64,000 bases of DNA, taken from an uncultured Eubacteriales bacterium (GTDB lineage: Bacteria; Bacillota_I; Bacilli_A; RF39; UBA660). Shown here piece by piece: positions 44,023 through 54,716 of this stretch. The position numbers were made by a program, and so were the translations under genes. A model generated the notes under the pieces. That model ran no database searches, was not told the origin of the DNA, and saw only the letters and a program-made list of their open reading frames with translations. The stretch covers positions 17,654 to 81,653 of the forward strand of contig ONQM01000003.1 of NCBI GenBank assembly GCA_900319955.1. The letters are read 5' to 3'. The stretch's first letter is position 1, and every line of letters begins with the position of its first letter.

Positions 44023-46071
44023 TTAAAATTCTAATTTTTTCAAATTATCTGTAAAATTAATTTCTATCGTACCAGATTCTTTTGTTGACAATATTTTTGC
44101 ATTTATTTTTTTTAGTCTTTCAAGTGTTTCAATGCTTGGGTGATTAAACTTATTATTAACGCCAGCTGAAATAAGTGCATACTTAGGCTTTATTTCCTTT
44201 AAAAATTTATCACTTGTACTTGTCTTACTTCCATGATGCCCTACTTTTAAAATATTTATATAAGGTAAATTGTAATGCTTCATAATATATTCTTCTGAAT
44301 TAAAATTAGCATCTCCCATAAAAAGCAAACTAATATTTTTATATTCTCCATATAAAACATTACTGGATGAATTTTCATCATTTAAATTTGTATTAATTTC
44401 TGTAAAATGAAATGCTCCTATATCAATATTATCCCCTTCATAAAGGATATAAACTTTATAGTATCTTTCAAGTTCTCTTTCTAAATAATTTTTTCTATTA
44501 CTATTAATATATATTTTATCTATATTAAAATTATTTGTTAAATAAAGTGCATCACCCATATGATCCATATCACCATGTGTAAGAACTAAATAATCTATCT
44601 TTCTAATTCCTTTACTTTTTAAATATGGTATTGTCGTATTAGTAATTGTTTCATGACTTGATTTTCTTTTATACATTAGTTTACCACCTGTATCAATCAT
44701 CATATTAGTGCCCTCACTATGAATTAAAAATGAATCTCCCTGTCCTACATCAATCATAGTTATATAATCTTTATCAAATATTTTAAAATAATTATAATGA
44801 AATAAAAATAAACAAAAATATACAATTATAAAACTTTTCTTTTCTAGTATAATAAATAAAAATATAAGTATAATATAAATAACGTAAACAATTATATTTA
44901 GTTTTCCTACTATAATATATGTATTTATAGATGAAAGTAACATTAGACTTTTTTCAAGTATAAGTATAAACAAGTTATAAATAGGTTCAAATATAGGGAG
45001 CAATAAAGAAATTATTGATGATGGAAAAAGTATGTATGTAACAAATGGAACATAAAACAAATTATATATTATTGATAAAGCATTTATACTATAAAAGTTA
45101 TATAAAGTAACAGGAAGGCTTACTAAAAATGATAAAGTACTAGTAAAAAATAATTTAATAAAATAATTATCATATTTATTTAAGAGTTTACTTCCAATTA
45201 TTAAAGTAAAACTAATTAGAAATGAATAAATAAAACCAATATCAAATATAAAGAATGGATTAATTAAAATAGTTATAGAGAAAGTTAAAAAGAAAATACT
45301 TATACTATCTACATAAAAATAATAAATCTTATTAATAGATAAAAGTATAAAGAATAAAAATGCTCTAATAATAGATGGAGATGATCCAATTAAAAGTGCA
45401 TAAAGTGTAAGAAATAATATTGTTAAAAAATATCTTTTCTCTTCTTCTATTTTTAATTTCTTAAATACTTTTAAAAGAAAACTTGTGATAAATCCAACAT
45501 GCATACCACTAATTGCAAATAAATGGCTTATTCCAACATCTCTCATAGCATTAATATATTTCTTTTGTACACCACTTTTATCTCCAAGCAAAGTTAATTT
45601 TAAGTAACCATTATTTTTAAACATACTAAAGTAATTATTAATAATATTTTTAATAAAATAGATTGAATTATAAGATTTACCAATTTTACTTATTTTTTCT
45701 ATTTTTAGCATATAAAATATTTTTCTATAGTAAGAATATTTTTGGTAACTGAATGTATTAGGGGTTCTGTTATTAGGAATCTTAGACAAATCACCACAAG
45801 CATTAACCTTATCACCTAATTTAAATTTAACTTTTTTGTAAAGGTATCCATTAACTGATTCTTTTTTAAGTTTTAAAGTAATACTTGTTTTACCATCTTT
45901 ATATGAATAAGATGTAATAATTCCTCTTAAACATTTAATATTTTTATTTAAGCTAGTTTTATGTCCTATATTAATTCTAAATAAAGATATAATTAAACTA
46001 ATTATTAAAATAATTATATATGTCTTTTTAGATAGTAAAATGATCCTTAATTTTATCATATATACTATCAC
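44023..46071 (-). CDS. comEC: DNA internalisation competence protein ComEC/Rec2 (competence domain plus metallo-beta-lactamase domain)
   Basis: Multi-TM competence domain (ISHLFAISGMHVGFITSFLL). C-terminal MBL motifs MIDVGQGDSFLI and LVLTHGDMDHMGD. Confidence 0.85.
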   Translation of the reverse strand: MIVYMIKLRIILLSKKTYIIILIISLIISLFRINIGHKTSLNKNIKCLRGIITSYSYKDGKTSITLKLKKESVNGYLYKKVKFKLGDKVNACGDLSKIPNNRTPNTFSYQKYSYYRKIFYMLKIEKISKIGKSYNSIYFIKNIINNYFSMFKNNGYLKLTLLGDKSGVQKKYINAMRDVGISHLFAISGMHVGFITSFLLKVFKKLKIEEEKRYFLTILFLTLYALLIGSSPSIIRAFLFFILLSINKIYYFYVDSISIFFLTFSITILINPFFIFDIGFIYSFLISFTLIIGSKLLNKYDNYFIKLFFTSTLSFLVSLPVTLYNFYSINALSIIYNLFYVPFVTYILFPSSIISLLLPIFEPIYNLFILILEKSLMLLSSINTYIIVGKLNIIVYVIYIILIFLFIILEKKSFIIVYFCLFLFHYNYFKIFDKDYITMIDVGQGDSFLIHSEGTNMMIDTGGKLMYKRKSSHETITNTTIPYLKSKGIRKIDYLVLTHGDMDHMGDALYLTNNFNIDKIYINSNRKNYLERELERYYKVYILYEGDNIDIGAFHFTEINTNLNDENSSSNVLYGEYKNISLLFMGDANFNSEEYIMKHYNLPYINILKVGHHGSKTSTSDKFLKEIKPKYALISAGVNNKFNHPSIETLERLKKINAKILSTKESGTIEINFTDNLKKLEF

Positions 46072-46732
46072 CTATTCCACTTATTTCTTTAAGCTGTTCA
46101 ATACTTGTAAATGATCCATGTTCTTCTCTATATTTAATTATTGAATCAGCTTTAGCATCACCTATACCAGAGATTGTCATCAAATCTTCTTTAGTTGCAG
46201 TATTTAGGTTTACTATTGCATTAGTACTTGAACTATCATTATTTTCAGTATTACTGCTATCTATACATGCATCGTTTTCTACATCACCTACTCCTTCTTT
46301 GCATTTATCTATTTTTATATTTTCTTCCTTTTTTGTTTTTACAAAATCAGCAACTTCTGCTTTAGAGTATATTATAATTACCATTTCATCTTTTAATTTC
46401 TTAGACAAATTAATAACATCAGTTGACGCATTATAAGTAAGTCCACCTGCAGCATTAATAGCATCTTCTACTCTTAAATCACTATTAAGTGTATAAAGTC
46501 CAGGATTTATAACTTCTCCTTTTACATCAACTTTAACTTCATAATTTTCCTCTTTTTTTTCATCTACTTTATCCTCCTTCTTAGAAATCATAACTTTTTT
46601 CTTAACAACTTTTACTTTTTCTTTTTGAAATATCTTTTTATTTGAATAAAGATAAAATAAACTAGAAATAGATCCAAGTACTATTAAAAAAATAATAATT
46701 AAAACTTTTCTATGTCTATACGAAAAACTCAT
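46028..46732 (-). CDS. comEA: Competence protein ComEA (membrane-anchored helix-hairpin-helix DNA receptor)
   Basis: N-terminal TM. C-terminal tandem HhH: NLNTATKEDLMTISGIGDAKADSIIKYREEHGSFTSIEQLKEISGIGDSIYDKI. Confidence 0.8.
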   Translation of the reverse strand: MSFSYRHRKVLIIIFLIVLGSISSLFYLYSNKKIFQKEKVKVVKKKVMISKKEDKVDEKKEENYEVKVDVKGEVINPGLYTLNSDLRVEDAINAAGGLTYNASTDVINLSKKLKDEMVIIIYSKAEVADFVKTKKEENIKIDKCKEGVGDVENDACIDSSNTENNDSSSTNAIVNLNTATKEDLMTISGIGDAKADSIIKYREEHGSFTSIEQLKEISGIGDSIYDKIKDHFTI

Positions 46733-46834
46733 TTTTTCACCTCCCTATATATAATATTCGACAAAACTTTTAAGAAGTGCAAAAAAAAATGAAAAAAGTT
46801 TAATTTTTTCATTTTTTAGTTTTATTATAAAAAA

Positions 46835-48142
46835 TTATTTTAGTAACTCTTCAAATCCTTTTATTAGATGTGAATTATCAGCACATCCAAGGAATAAAAC
46901 AACATTCCCTTTTTCTTTTTCAAGTTTGTCAATTGTATCTTCCTCAACCATTTCAGAATCTTTTATTTTATCTGCAATTATATGAGAAGTAACTCCCGGA
47001 TAATCCTCTTGCTTTTCTCTATTTGCCCTTATTTCTGTCATATATACTTTATCTGCTAAACTTAAAGATTTTATAAAATCATCTGTAAAGTCTTTTGTTC
47101 TTGAGAATGTATTTGGGCGAAATACTGCAACTATTTTCCTTTTTGGATATCTTTGTCTAGCTGCTTCAATTGTTGCTTTTATTTCTGTTGGATGATGTGC
47201 ATAATCATCTACTATTATAGTACCATTAATTTCTGTTACTTCAAATCTTCTTTTTGCATTAACAAAGGTTAATAGTTCACTCTTTATTTTATCTATTCCT
47301 ATACCTAGTTTATTTGTAAGGATAATTGCTGCAGTTGCATTCATAACATTATGTTTTCCAAAAAGAGGTATTTCAAAATTACTTAATAGTTTATTGCTTT
47401 CATATAAGTCAAATGAAGATCCTTTTTCATCTAATTTTACATTTTTTATAATATAATCATTATTATCATTAAAACCATAATATAACATTTTTGTTTTAGA
47501 ATTAATTCTTCTTACAGTTTCATTATCTCCATTTGCAATAACAAGTTCTTTAGTATTATTTGTAAATTTTTCAAATGTTTCTTTTAAGTCTTCTATATCT
47601 TTATATATTTCCATATGTTCTTCTTCAATATTTGTTATTATTGAATATACTGGATGATAGTATAAAAAATGTCTATTAAATTCATCACTTTCTACTACAT
47701 AATATTTATTTTTTCTCGATGCATATCCATCTCCTGCTCCTATAAAATAGTTTGTACCTAGTGTATCTTCTAAAATATGTCTTATTAGAGAAGATGTAGT
47801 TGTTTTACCATGTGTTCCAGATACACCAATTGTTGTAAATTCATCTATAACTTTTCCCATTATTGCAGCATAAGGTTCTACAGTAAGACCCATTTCTTTT
47901 ACTCTTTTAAGCTCTGGATTATCACCCTTTACTGCAACACTATATGTTACAATTGTATCTTTTTCTATATTATGTTCATGATCATAATATATTTTTATTC
48001 CTCTTTTATTAAGTCCATCTTCTGTAAATTTGTATCCTTTAGCATCATCATATCCTGAAACCTCATTTCCAAGATCATATAGAATTTGTGCTAACGTTGA
48101 CATGCCAGTTCCTTTTATTCCAATACAATAATATTTAGCCAT
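46835..48142 (-). CDS. murC: UDP-N-acetylmuramate--L-alanine ligase
   Basis: MAKYYCIGIKGTGMSTLAQIL; Mur ligase P-loop GTHGKTTTSSL; 435 aa. Confidence 0.9.
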   Translation of the reverse strand: MAKYYCIGIKGTGMSTLAQILYDLGNEVSGYDDAKGYKFTEDGLNKRGIKIYYDHEHNIEKDTIVTYSVAVKGDNPELKRVKEMGLTVEPYAAIMGKVIDEFTTIGVSGTHGKTTTSSLIRHILEDTLGTNYFIGAGDGYASRKNKYYVVESDEFNRHFLYYHPVYSIITNIEEEHMEIYKDIEDLKETFEKFTNNTKELVIANGDNETVRRINSKTKMLYYGFNDNNDYIIKNVKLDEKGSSFDLYESNKLLSNFEIPLFGKHNVMNATAAIILTNKLGIGIDKIKSELLTFVNAKRRFEVTEINGTIIVDDYAHHPTEIKATIEAARQRYPKRKIVAVFRPNTFSRTKDFTDDFIKSLSLADKVYMTEIRANREKQEDYPGVTSHIIADKIKDSEMVEEDTIDKLEKEKGNVVLFLGCADNSHLIKGFEELLK

Positions 48143-48157
48143 ATAAATTATCTCCTT

Positions 48158-48571
48158 TTATTTATTGCTATCTGCAATTGATTTATTCGATTTATCATTA
48201 GCAGAATTCATAGAAGAGTCTCCACTTACAGTTTTTGCTTCACTCCAACATGATGAAACATCAAAAGTAACTGTCTTTTTCTGATCTTCATCATAAACTC
48301 CAACATTTGCTGTTGCTAGTATTGACATAACAAGATTTACAATCACCGGTATAAAGAATACTATAACTGCTGCTGCAAAAGAATTAGCAACTGCCTTGGT
48401 TTCATTTTGATTATCTGGATTAAGCATAAGCTTTAAAAATTGTATAGTACCTGCGACTAAAAGAATTATTGGTACAACTATTTGGATTAAAGTCATACCA
48501 TTTTTAATTATACCAATAAATCTTGCAAGTATTGGATCACTACATATAGCTCCTATTAACATAACAATCAC
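48158..48571 (-). CDS. Hypothetical membrane protein (3 TM helices)
   Basis: 137-aa ORF with hydrophobic helices. No family recognised. Confidence 0.45.
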   Translation of the reverse strand: MIVMLIGAICSDPILARFIGIIKNGMTLIQIVVPIILLVAGTIQFLKLMLNPDNQNETKAVANSFAAAVIVFFIPVIVNLVMSILATANVGVYDEDQKKTVTFDVSSCWSEAKTVSGDSSMNSANDKSNKSIADSNK

Positions 48572-48579
48572 CTACATCC

Positions 48580-49290
48580 CTATTTTATAATAAATTTGAA
48601 ATCATTTCTAGTAAAATACTCTTCTTCTTTATATTTGCTATATACATTATATGCTTTATACACTACAAGTTTTCCATTTTCAGTATATAAATTAGCACCT
48701 TCAATATAGCTTTTAATTCCTCTTAAGTCTAAATAACATGTGTTGTAATCACAGTTTGTTATTATACCACGTTCTACTTCATCTGCATACTTTATTTTCA
48801 TTTCATTTTCTATTTTAATGCTTATTTCATTATAATTAGAATTAAACATTTTTAGTATTTCATCATCTGTTAAAAGTTTACCATTTTCTAGATTAAATAC
48901 ATATGTTTTAAATGAATAGTTATATGTTTCTCCATCATAATCTTTAAACATTAATACAACTGAAAGCGTATTTTTATATGCATTAAATCTATATGTAACA
49001 TTTGTATCCTTAGTATCAGATGATAAATAACTAGAAGTAATACTCTTTATTTCATTATTTACATCTTTAGCATCGTTACTATTTAGATTTATATATGGAA
49101 CAAATGATGAACTTTGTTTATTGTTATATCTTATTATTACATATTCTCTTTTTGAATCAATCTTAGATGCAGTATATCTATTCTTTACAAATGCATTAAC
49201 AAGTCCTAATACTAATGCTACTATAATCAAAGCTATAACAACAATTACAAGTTTTTTATTTATCTCTATTTTAACATTTTTTATTTTCAT
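48580..49290 (-). CDS. Hypothetical membrane-anchored protein
   Basis: 236 aa with an N-terminal TM (LVIVVIALIIVALVLGLV). Confidence 0.5.
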   Translation of the reverse strand: MKIKNVKIEINKKLVIVVIALIIVALVLGLVNAFVKNRYTASKIDSKREYVIIRYNNKQSSSFVPYINLNSNDAKDVNNEIKSITSSYLSSDTKDTNVTYRFNAYKNTLSVVLMFKDYDGETYNYSFKTYVFNLENGKLLTDDEILKMFNSNYNEISIKIENEMKIKYADEVERGIITNCDYNTCYLDLRGIKSYIEGANLYTENGKLVVYKAYNVYSKYKEEEYFTRNDFKFIIK

Positions 49291-49292
49291 AA

Positions 49293-49892
49293 CTACTCAC
49301 CTTTTTTATGACTAACTGCTATCCCATCACCAATATCTAAAAACTCTGTATCAAACTCTTGGTTTTCTACTAAAAACTCTTTATACTCTTTTATCTTTCT
49401 TACTATTCCTCTTACATTTTTACTTTCTATTTCTTTTTCATCTTTTAATGCAAGTCCATGAAAGTTCATATTATCTGTTACGATATAACCATTATCATTT
49501 AAGTTATATTTAAATTTTTCAAAGAATTTTTCATTTTGTGCTTTAGCAGCATCAATAAATATTAAATCATATTTAGAATCTAACTTAACATCAAAAGCAT
49601 CACTAAATATAAGCGTTATTCTGTTATCTAATTTAACATTATTTACATTATTAACAGCTTCTAAATATCTTTTACTATCTCTTTCAATAGATGTTACAGT
49701 TACATTTTTAGATGTATTTGCCATTTTAATTGCAGAATATCCTATTGCAGTACCTATTTCTAAAATACTCTTTATGTTATGAGATTTTATGAAATTAGAA
49801 AGAAAGTTTATTCCATCTTTTTGCATAATAGGAATATTATTTTCTAAAGCATATTCTTCTAATTTAGTTAATTCTTTTTCTACCATAACCAA
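49293..49892 (-). CDS. trmR: Class I SAM-dependent O-methyltransferase, YrrM/TrmR-like (tRNA 5-hydroxyuridine methyltransferase family)
   Basis: ILEIGTAIGYSAIKMA (SAM motif I), IFIDAAK, and synteny with mltG/ruvX/ireB as in the B. subtilis yrrM-yrrL-yrzB-yrrK-yrzL block. Confidence 0.7.
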   Translation of the reverse strand: MVMVEKELTKLEEYALENNIPIMQKDGINFLSNFIKSHNIKSILEIGTAIGYSAIKMANTSKNVTVTSIERDSKRYLEAVNNVNNVKLDNRITLIFSDAFDVKLDSKYDLIFIDAAKAQNEKFFEKFKYNLNDNGYIVTDNMNFHGLALKDEKEIESKNVRGIVRKIKEYKEFLVENQEFDTEFLDIGDGIAVSHKKGE

Positions 49893-50965
49893 TTACCTTC
49901 TTTTTTTAATTTTGCAACTAATGCATTATGTTCATTTTCAGTTTTAGTAAAATATATTTTTTTACTTTTGTCTGCAACAAAATAGAAATAATCACTTGGC
50001 GTATAATTTATACTTGCATCTATACTATCTTTTCCAGGATTACATATTGGTCCAACTGGAAGTCCTCTCATACTTCTAGATCTTGTATTATAACTATTAA
50101 CAGAATTTAACTCATCACTTGTTAGTGCCTCATTCATAGATTTACCTACACCATAATAAGTTGTTACATCACTTCCTAGGTTAATACCTCTTTCAAGTCT
50201 ATTTTCAAAAACACCTATTATTAATTTTCTATTTTCACTATTTGTACCTTCAAGTTCTGCAATAGAAGCTAGTGTCAAATATTCATGAAGTGAATGTCTT
50301 GTAAGGTCGATCGTACTTTTATATTTAGATAAAACTTTGTCTTCTTCATCAAGTAATTTTTCAATAATTTCTTTTGATGTAACATCCTGACTTCTAAAAT
50401 TATATGTATCAGGATATAAATATCCTTCTAGTGGATAATAAATATTATTATTTAATATATCATCTGTTAAAAACCAATATTTATTTATTAATTCTTTTAA
50501 ATACATTCTATCATTTGCAACACTTAAAAAATCATCTTCTGATATATTTGTATTTTCAGAAACTATTTTAGCATAATCTGTAAGCCTTAATCCTTCCCTA
50601 AAAGTAATATTAATACTATTTTTGGTATAGTCTCCAGAACACATAATATCAAATATATCACTTAAAGACATACTACGAGATAAATCATAGCTTGATGCTT
50701 TAAGAGATGTACATCTATTTAACTTATCGTATAAAAGAAAAAAATCAGTACTTTTAATTAAATCTTTTTCTTTTAACATTTTTGCAATACTATAAGTTGA
50801 CATTCCACTTTCTATTGTAATTTCTTGAGTTGTAATATCCGTTTTGTCAACAGGAGAAGAATAAAAAATATATAAAATACTTGTACCTATTAATGCAAAA
50901 CTAATAAGAACTAATATAAAGCATATTTTTACACTTTTTTTTAATCTTAATTTTCTCTTCTTCAT
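49880..50965 (-). CDS. mltG: Endolytic murein transglycosylase MltG (YceG-like)
   Basis: N-terminal TM plus a YceG domain. 361 aa. Conserved position between ruvX and trmR. Confidence 0.8.
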   Translation of the reverse strand: MKKRKLRLKKSVKICFILVLISFALIGTSILYIFYSSPVDKTDITTQEITIESGMSTYSIAKMLKEKDLIKSTDFFLLYDKLNRCTSLKASSYDLSRSMSLSDIFDIMCSGDYTKNSINITFREGLRLTDYAKIVSENTNISEDDFLSVANDRMYLKELINKYWFLTDDILNNNIYYPLEGYLYPDTYNFRSQDVTSKEIIEKLLDEEDKVLSKYKSTIDLTRHSLHEYLTLASIAELEGTNSENRKLIIGVFENRLERGINLGSDVTTYYGVGKSMNEALTSDELNSVNSYNTRSRSMRGLPVGPICNPGKDSIDASINYTPSDYFYFVADKSKKIYFTKTENEHNALVAKLKKEGNWLW

Positions 50966-50966
50966 A

Positions 50967-51266
50967 CTATCCTTGATTATTCTTCTTAGATAATTCTTCC
51001 TCTATGGTTTTAAGTATTGTATCTATTATTTTCCACTCTTTATCAGTAGTGATTGCCTCTAGTCTAGAATGCTCTTCTTCTGGATGATAAATTGATGCAT
51101 AAACTTCAACATTTCCATTTTCATCTTTAGTATTATCAGTATATACTATGTAGTCATGACCAGTTTCCTCACTACTAAATGTAAATAGTACATCAAACTT
51201 TCTTTCATTTCCACTATCATCTATTAGTGTAAATGAGTTTTTTTCTAATTCATTATTATTATTCAT
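50967..51266 (-). CDS. DUF1292/YrzB-like small acidic protein
   Basis: 99 aa, acidic, conserved position between ruvX and mltG. Confidence 0.55.
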   Translation of the reverse strand: MNNNNELEKNSFTLIDDSGNERKFDVLFTFSSEETGHDYIVYTDNTKDENGNVEVYASIYHPEEEHSRLEAITTDKEWKIIDTILKTIEEELSKKNNQG

Positions 51267-51268
51267 TT

Positions 51269-51685
51269 TTATTTCCCTTTCTTATTTAGATATGTTTCAA
51301 GTATTATACATGCTGCCATACTATCTATTACTTTTTTTCTTTTTTTTCTACTAATATCACCTTTAATTAGCACATCTTGTGCCTCCTTAGTTGAGAGGCG
51401 TTCATCTTGAAGATTTACTGGAATTTCTATCTCATCTTCTAGTTTTTTCTTAAACTCTTCAGAAAGTTTTGCTTTATATCCTACTGTATTATCCATGTTT
51501 TTAGGATACCCTAGAACAATTTCATCTACACCATATTCCTCTACTATTTCTTTTACTTTAGGAACTAAAGAATCATAATCTTCATTATGTCTTATTATTT
51601 CTAAGTTTCTTGCAATAGTGCCACTTTTATCTGAAATAGCAACTCCAAGTGTTCTTGATCCTAAATCAAGTCCTAAATATCTCAT
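51269..51685 (-). CDS. ruvX: Putative pre-16S rRNA nuclease / Holliday-junction-resolvase-like RuvX (YqgF)
   Basis: MRYLGLDLGSRTLGVAISD with the catalytic Asp pair context; ERLSTKEA; 138 aa. Confidence 0.85.
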   Translation of the reverse strand: MRYLGLDLGSRTLGVAISDKSGTIARNLEIIRHNEDYDSLVPKVKEIVEEYGVDEIVLGYPKNMDNTVGYKAKLSEEFKKKLEDEIEIPVNLQDERLSTKEAQDVLIKGDISRKKRKKVIDSMAACIILETYLNKKGK

Positions 51686-51969
51686 TTCGATCTTCTTTCA
51701 AAGTCCTTTAATAAAACTTCAACTATACGAGCCCTATCCATACTTTGCATTTTCTTTCTAGCATCTTTATGACTAGAAATATATCCAAGATCTCCACTTA
51801 TTAAATAGCCAACAATTTGATTAACTGGATTATATCCACGTTCTTCTAACGCATCATAAATTTCTTTTAATTTTACACGTATTTCTTCACTTTCTAAGTC
51901 ATCAAACTCAAAAAGAGTAGTTTTTTCATTATCCATCATATCGCCTCCATTATAAGACAATTTTAGCAC
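51682..51969 (-). CDS. ireB: IreB/YrzL-family (UPF0297) regulatory protein
   Basis: Small protein with NPVNQIVGYLISGDLGYISSHKDARKKM. Position upstream of ruvX. Confidence 0.6.
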   Translation of the reverse strand: MLKLSYNGGDMMDNEKTTLFEFDDLESEEIRVKLKEIYDALEERGYNPVNQIVGYLISGDLGYISSHKDARKKMQSMDRARIVEVLLKDFERRSK

Positions 51970-51994
51970 TTAAGTATATATTTATCAATTACTT

Positions 51995-53167
51995 TTACAA
52001 GGCAGGTGTAAATCCCATATATATTAAAAATATAAGATAAATAATAGACATTATATAACCATTTACTTTTTCAAATGTTGTTTCTTTATATTTTATTCCA
52101 AGTCCTACTGTTATTAAAAATCCTCCTATTAATCCTCCAATATGCGCATAATTATCAACACCTTTAATAATAAATCCTAATAAAAGATTTAAAATTACAA
52201 GTGGGATTATTTCTCTTTTAAGTACTTGTTCCAAGTAAACTCTATAATGAAACCCAAAGTAAATTAAACTTCCCATAAGTCCAAATATTGCTCCACTTGC
52301 TCCTACTGATACACCATTTCCTAGGAATATAATTGACATAAGTGAGCCTGTTATTGCACTAAACAAATATACAATTAAGAATTTAAAGTGTCCTATATAA
52401 CTTTCAAGTTCACGTCCAATTACATAAAGTGCATAACAGTTAAATACAATATGTGCAATATTAGCATGCAAAAATGTTCCAGTTAATAATCTATAATACT
52501 CACCTTTCACTATTGCAGGTTTATAAACTGCAAAAAGACTAATAAATTCATTAAACTTTCCTGTTAAATACGGTATGATAAAAGCAAGGACACATATTGC
52601 TATCAATGTATAAGTTACAAAAGGTGTTTTCTTTCCAAAAATCTCTCCAAACTGTCTACTATCTTCCCTACTATGTTCATTAATATCGTTTGTAAGATTT
52701 GCAAATAATTCTATCCCTTTTTCTTTCATTTTAACTTCTTTTGGAAGATCAGGAAATTCTTTTAATATTACATCACTTTTACTTAAGTCTTTTTCTGAAT
52801 CAATTTTTATCATTGTATTGTCATGTGGACTTTCCTCAATGTTTTCATGAAGATTTAAGAATATGCTTAAAGTCTTCATCTTAAGAGTTAATGTTTTTCT
52901 TTTTATCTTATTAACAATTCTCTTAGTTTTAAAGATATCAAATCCAAGCTGTTCTTCATTTAATATATTTTCTGATACTATTCTTACTATTTCATAATCC
53001 TCATCCATATTCTCAAGCCATATTTCATTTTCAACACCTTGAATTATTATTGGATTATAATTTTTCTTTGTTATGAAATAATGAAGAAGTTTCATACTAA
53101 GAACATTTGTTTTATTTTGAGTTAGTTCATCTAATTTTTCATCCATTATATCGCCTCCAATACTCAT
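51995..53167 (-). CDS. Rhomboid-family intramembrane serine protease (GluP/YqgP-like) with an N-terminal cytoplasmic extension
   Basis: GASGAIFGLMG (catalytic Ser) and AHIGGLIGGF (catalytic His) in the C-terminal 6-TM core. The start may be the internal MDEKLD. Confidence 0.8.
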   Translation of the reverse strand: MSIGGDIMDEKLDELTQNKTNVLSMKLLHYFITKKNYNPIIIQGVENEIWLENMDEDYEIVRIVSENILNEEQLGFDIFKTKRIVNKIKRKTLTLKMKTLSIFLNLHENIEESPHDNTMIKIDSEKDLSKSDVILKEFPDLPKEVKMKEKGIELFANLTNDINEHSREDSRQFGEIFGKKTPFVTYTLIAICVLAFIIPYLTGKFNEFISLFAVYKPAIVKGEYYRLLTGTFLHANIAHIVFNCYALYVIGRELESYIGHFKFLIVYLFSAITGSLMSIIFLGNGVSVGASGAIFGLMGSLIYFGFHYRVYLEQVLKREIIPLVILNLLLGFIIKGVDNYAHIGGLIGGFLITVGLGIKYKETTFEKVNGYIMSIIYLIFLIYMGFTPAL

Positions 53168-53206
53168 ATATTATATAATATTTTTAAATTTAAGAAAAGA
53201 GGGACA

Positions 53207-54208
53207 TTATATTAAATTGTCTCTCACAAAAAACTTTATTTTCCTATCTAAATATATATTAAATTTTCCTTTATAAGTAGCTTTTATAAATCCAAGTCCA
53301 CTAATTACTATATCATTATTATGATGTATGTTAAATTCTGTTTTATTAAGATTCATTAAATCATCATGTTTATCAGTAAGTACTTTTTTACATTCTACAC
53401 TATCACTCATATAAAGTGTTAAACTATTTTTTTCACCATCAACATAGTCAATACGTACGTACTTATCAATAATTAATGAATATCCTTTCTTTATTTGATA
53501 TGTTCTAGGTCTTATTTCTTTTTTAGAATTAATTTTTTTCAGTTCATCAGTATCTACATAATTTGTAAGAGAAGATGTATCAACAAGTCCTGGAGTATCA
53601 ATAAGTGTTAGATGATCATTTATATCAATATGAATAGTACTAAGTGTTGTTGTAGGAAGTGGTGATATAGTTAGTTCGCGATCACTTTCACTATAATTTT
53701 TAATAAGTTTATTAATAAGTGAAGATTTACCTGCATTTGTATATCCTACAATATAGACATTTTTAGACGTCTCATAATATTTAATTTTTGAAAGAAGTAA
53801 ATCTATGTTATAGTTTTTCTCACTAGATATTACAATAACATCATCAAAGAAATCATATCTTGTTTTAAAATAATCAATTAATTTATTATCATTAACAGAC
53901 TTTGGTAAAACATCTCTTTTATTAATTACAAGAAGAAGCTTATTATGAAGTCTTTTTCTTATTATACTTAAATCTTCTGGTATATTTAAAGCATCAACTA
54001 AATAAACTACTAAGTCATTTGTTTTATTAATACTTTCAAGCATTTCTAAAAACTCTTTTTCATCTTTTGAAGCACTTTCATATTCCCCATAATTTTTTAG
54101 TCTAAAACATCGCATACAGTAATCATTATCAAGTGACGTTGTGTATCCAGGAGTTTTAACATTTTCATCTTGAAGCATTATTCCACATCCTAAACATTTT
54201 TTACTCAT
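53207..54208 (-). CDS. yqeH: Ribosome-biogenesis GTPase YqeH
   Basis: N-terminal Zn finger MSKKCLGCGIMLQ...CMRCF. G-domain GYTNAGKSSLINKL and DTPG. The start is chosen at MSKK (compare B. subtilis MSEEIQCIGCG); the ORF-track start at 54244 adds 12 aa. Confidence 0.8.
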   Translation of the reverse strand: MSKKCLGCGIMLQDENVKTPGYTTSLDNDYCMRCFRLKNYGEYESASKDEKEFLEMLESINKTNDLVVYLVDALNIPEDLSIIRKRLHNKLLLVINKRDVLPKSVNDNKLIDYFKTRYDFFDDVIVISSEKNYNIDLLLSKIKYYETSKNVYIVGYTNAGKSSLINKLIKNYSESDRELTISPLPTTTLSTIHIDINDHLTLIDTPGLVDTSSLTNYVDTDELKKINSKKEIRPRTYQIKKGYSLIIDKYVRIDYVDGEKNSLTLYMSDSVECKKVLTDKHDDLMNLNKTEFNIHHNNDIVISGLGFIKATYKGKFNIYLDRKIKFFVRDNLI

Positions 54209-54716
54209 AATACTCACCTTTCTTAAATTTACCATCTTTTTCATATTTTTTTAATTTTATATTTTCAAAAAATCTATTTATATAAGTTACTTTTAAATCC
54301 TTCTTGCCTAATGGATCAACAAGAATAGTCTTTATTCCGAATCTTTTACCAGATTTAATATCTGTCATTAACTGATCTCCAATCATTACCATTTCAGATT
54401 TTTTAAAATGATATTTAGACTCTATTTCTCTAAGACCTTTAGTAAATGGTTTTAATGCCTTTGATATTACATATATGTTTAATTTATTTTTATAAGGAAG
54501 TGCTCTTTTACCTGTTCCATTTGTTATAATAAAGCATGTAAAATCTTTAGAAAGTTCATTTATTAAGTTTGCAACTCTTTCAGGACAATCCTTTTCATCA
54601 AGTAATGCTAAAGTATTGTCAAGATCAAATATAAGCGCTTTTACTTTTTCTTCCTTAAGCTTATTATATGGAATATCTTCTACTTTATGTACATATATGT
54701 CAGGAATTAAATTCAT
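54201..54716 (-). CDS. yqeG: YqeG-family HAD-IIIA phosphatase
   Basis: HAD motif I FDLDNTL; 171 aa; yqeG-yqeH adjacency. Confidence 0.75.
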   Translation of the reverse strand: MNLIPDIYVHKVEDIPYNKLKEEKVKALIFDLDNTLALLDEKDCPERVANLINELSKDFTCFIITNGTGKRALPYKNKLNIYVISKALKPFTKGLREIESKYHFKKSEMVMIGDQLMTDIKSGKRFGIKTILVDPLGKKDLKVTYINRFFENIKLKKYEKDGKFKKGEYYE

